DNA of 64,000 nucleotides, from the IMG/VR virus record IMGVR_UViG_3300037091_000258; one strand, written 5' to 3'. Made by a program: the position numbers and the translations under genes. Under the pieces are notes generated by a model that ran no database searches, had not been told where the DNA came from, and was given only the letters and a program-made list of their open reading frames with translations. Of the stretch, positions 63,410-64,000 are shown one piece after another. The DNA comes from an uncultured virus (IMG/VR IMGVR_UViG_3300037091_000258) (lineage: Duplodnaviria; Heunggongvirae; Uroviricota; Caudoviricetes). Positions within the stretch are counted from its first letter, which is position 1. The number at the start of each line of letters is the position of its first letter.

Positions 63410-63419
63410 CAAGATAAAT
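63410..63419 (+). promoter_or_regulatory. putative late promoter, leaderless
   Basis: CAAGATAAAT directly after a terminator; ATG at 63423. Confidence 0.7.
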
Positions 63420-63422
63420 CAA

Positions 63423-63650
63423 ATGATATATTATCAGCCTCGACACATATCTAATGAAACTCAACCTATTGAATATTATGAATCGTGGCTTATACCCAAA
63501 TTTTCGTTACCAACTCTCATCATAAATGCTAGCAATAAGAAAAGAACTATAATCAAGATTTATCAAAACTCTTCGGCGAAATTACCAGATATGGAAGCAG
63601 CAAAACCGGAAGAACTATATAAACTGATTAGGTTGACGTGGTTGACATGA
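63423..63650 (+). CDS. hypothetical protein, C-terminal 'IF-helix' family
   Basis: LYKLIRLTWL. Confidence 0.55.
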   Translation: MIYYQPRHISNETQPIEYYESWLIPKFSLPTLIINASNKKRTIIKIYQNSSAKLPDMEAAKPEELYKLIRLTWLT

Positions 63651-63946
63651 AAGATCTTTTTGATTATCCCAAACATGCCTTCAAAGAATATGAGGGCCGA
63701 TCGGCTATAAACATGTTTGGCGATCTAAAGTTAGAAAGGGGTAATCTTTACCTGCTTCTAAAATTCATTGAGGCTCGAGCATCATTAATGAGTAGTCCAG
63801 CCTATGCTATTTTTGAATGTAGGATATATAACATTCATCGTAAGAAAGCTTATATAGATAAAGTGAGTTTTATCATAAGAGGTCAAGGCTATAAATGGCT
63901 TACAAACAAATCAGCTCGAGAATTTGTTGGGAAAATATTTGAATGA
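63647..63946 (+). CDS. hypothetical protein, C-terminal 'IF-helix' family
   Basis: LERGNLY; ends AREFVGKIFE. Confidence 0.6.
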   Translation: MKDLFDYPKHAFKEYEGRSAINMFGDLKLERGNLYLLLKFIEARASLMSSPAYAIFECRIYNIHRKKAYIDKVSFIIRGQGYKWLTNKSAREFVGKIFE

Positions 63947-64000
63947 AAATTCTTCTTAAAAGCCACCCGCCATATTTTCTTAAACTCGTTTTAGGTAACC

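Noticed and set aside
1..64000. Genome-wide stop-codon reassignment
   Set aside because: Core genes (terminase, portal, protease, MCP) are full length in the standard code and TAA, TAG and TGA all end genes; the few broken genes are explained by local indels.
1..64000. tRNA or rRNA genes
   Set aside because: No cloverleaf with a T-loop GTTCRA signature or rRNA-like stretch was seen in the few intergenic gaps; a tRNAscan run would be needed to exclude them fully.

Overview
A 64-kb fragment of a large, AT-rich, T4-superfamily (Tevenvirinae-like/jumbo) tailed phage genome. Almost all genes are on the + strand. Layout: 0.5-10.3 kb holds virion fibre/baseplate-like genes with long beta-repeat proteins. 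11-21 kb is an early/host-takeover block with GC-richer codon usage (histone-like protein, HNH, PARG, small DNA ligase). 21-49 kb holds accessory metabolism and nucleases (DgkA, HicB, broken DnaK, UDG, ATP-grasp, OGG, thymidylate kinase, gp2-like protein, nucleotidyltransferase, sigma factor) interspersed with many small ORFs. 49.7-62.1 kb is the T4-type head module (large terminase, intein-containing portal, core proteins, prohead protease, scaffold, major capsid protein). Four patterns go beyond ordinary annotation: (1) about 18 otherwise dissimilar small ORFs share a C-terminal [RK]-x-hydrophobic-[IV]-[KR]-x-[ILV]-[FWY] helix; (2) about 13 proteins, including an orphan MazF, carry an N-terminal L-x-E propeptide resembling the T4 capsid-targeting sequence; (3) three classes of intergenic promoter-like motif occur, often placed so that the mRNA would be leaderless; (4) one protein module is inserted into itself and into two unrelated virion proteins. 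All calls come from reading the sequence by eye; no database searches were run.
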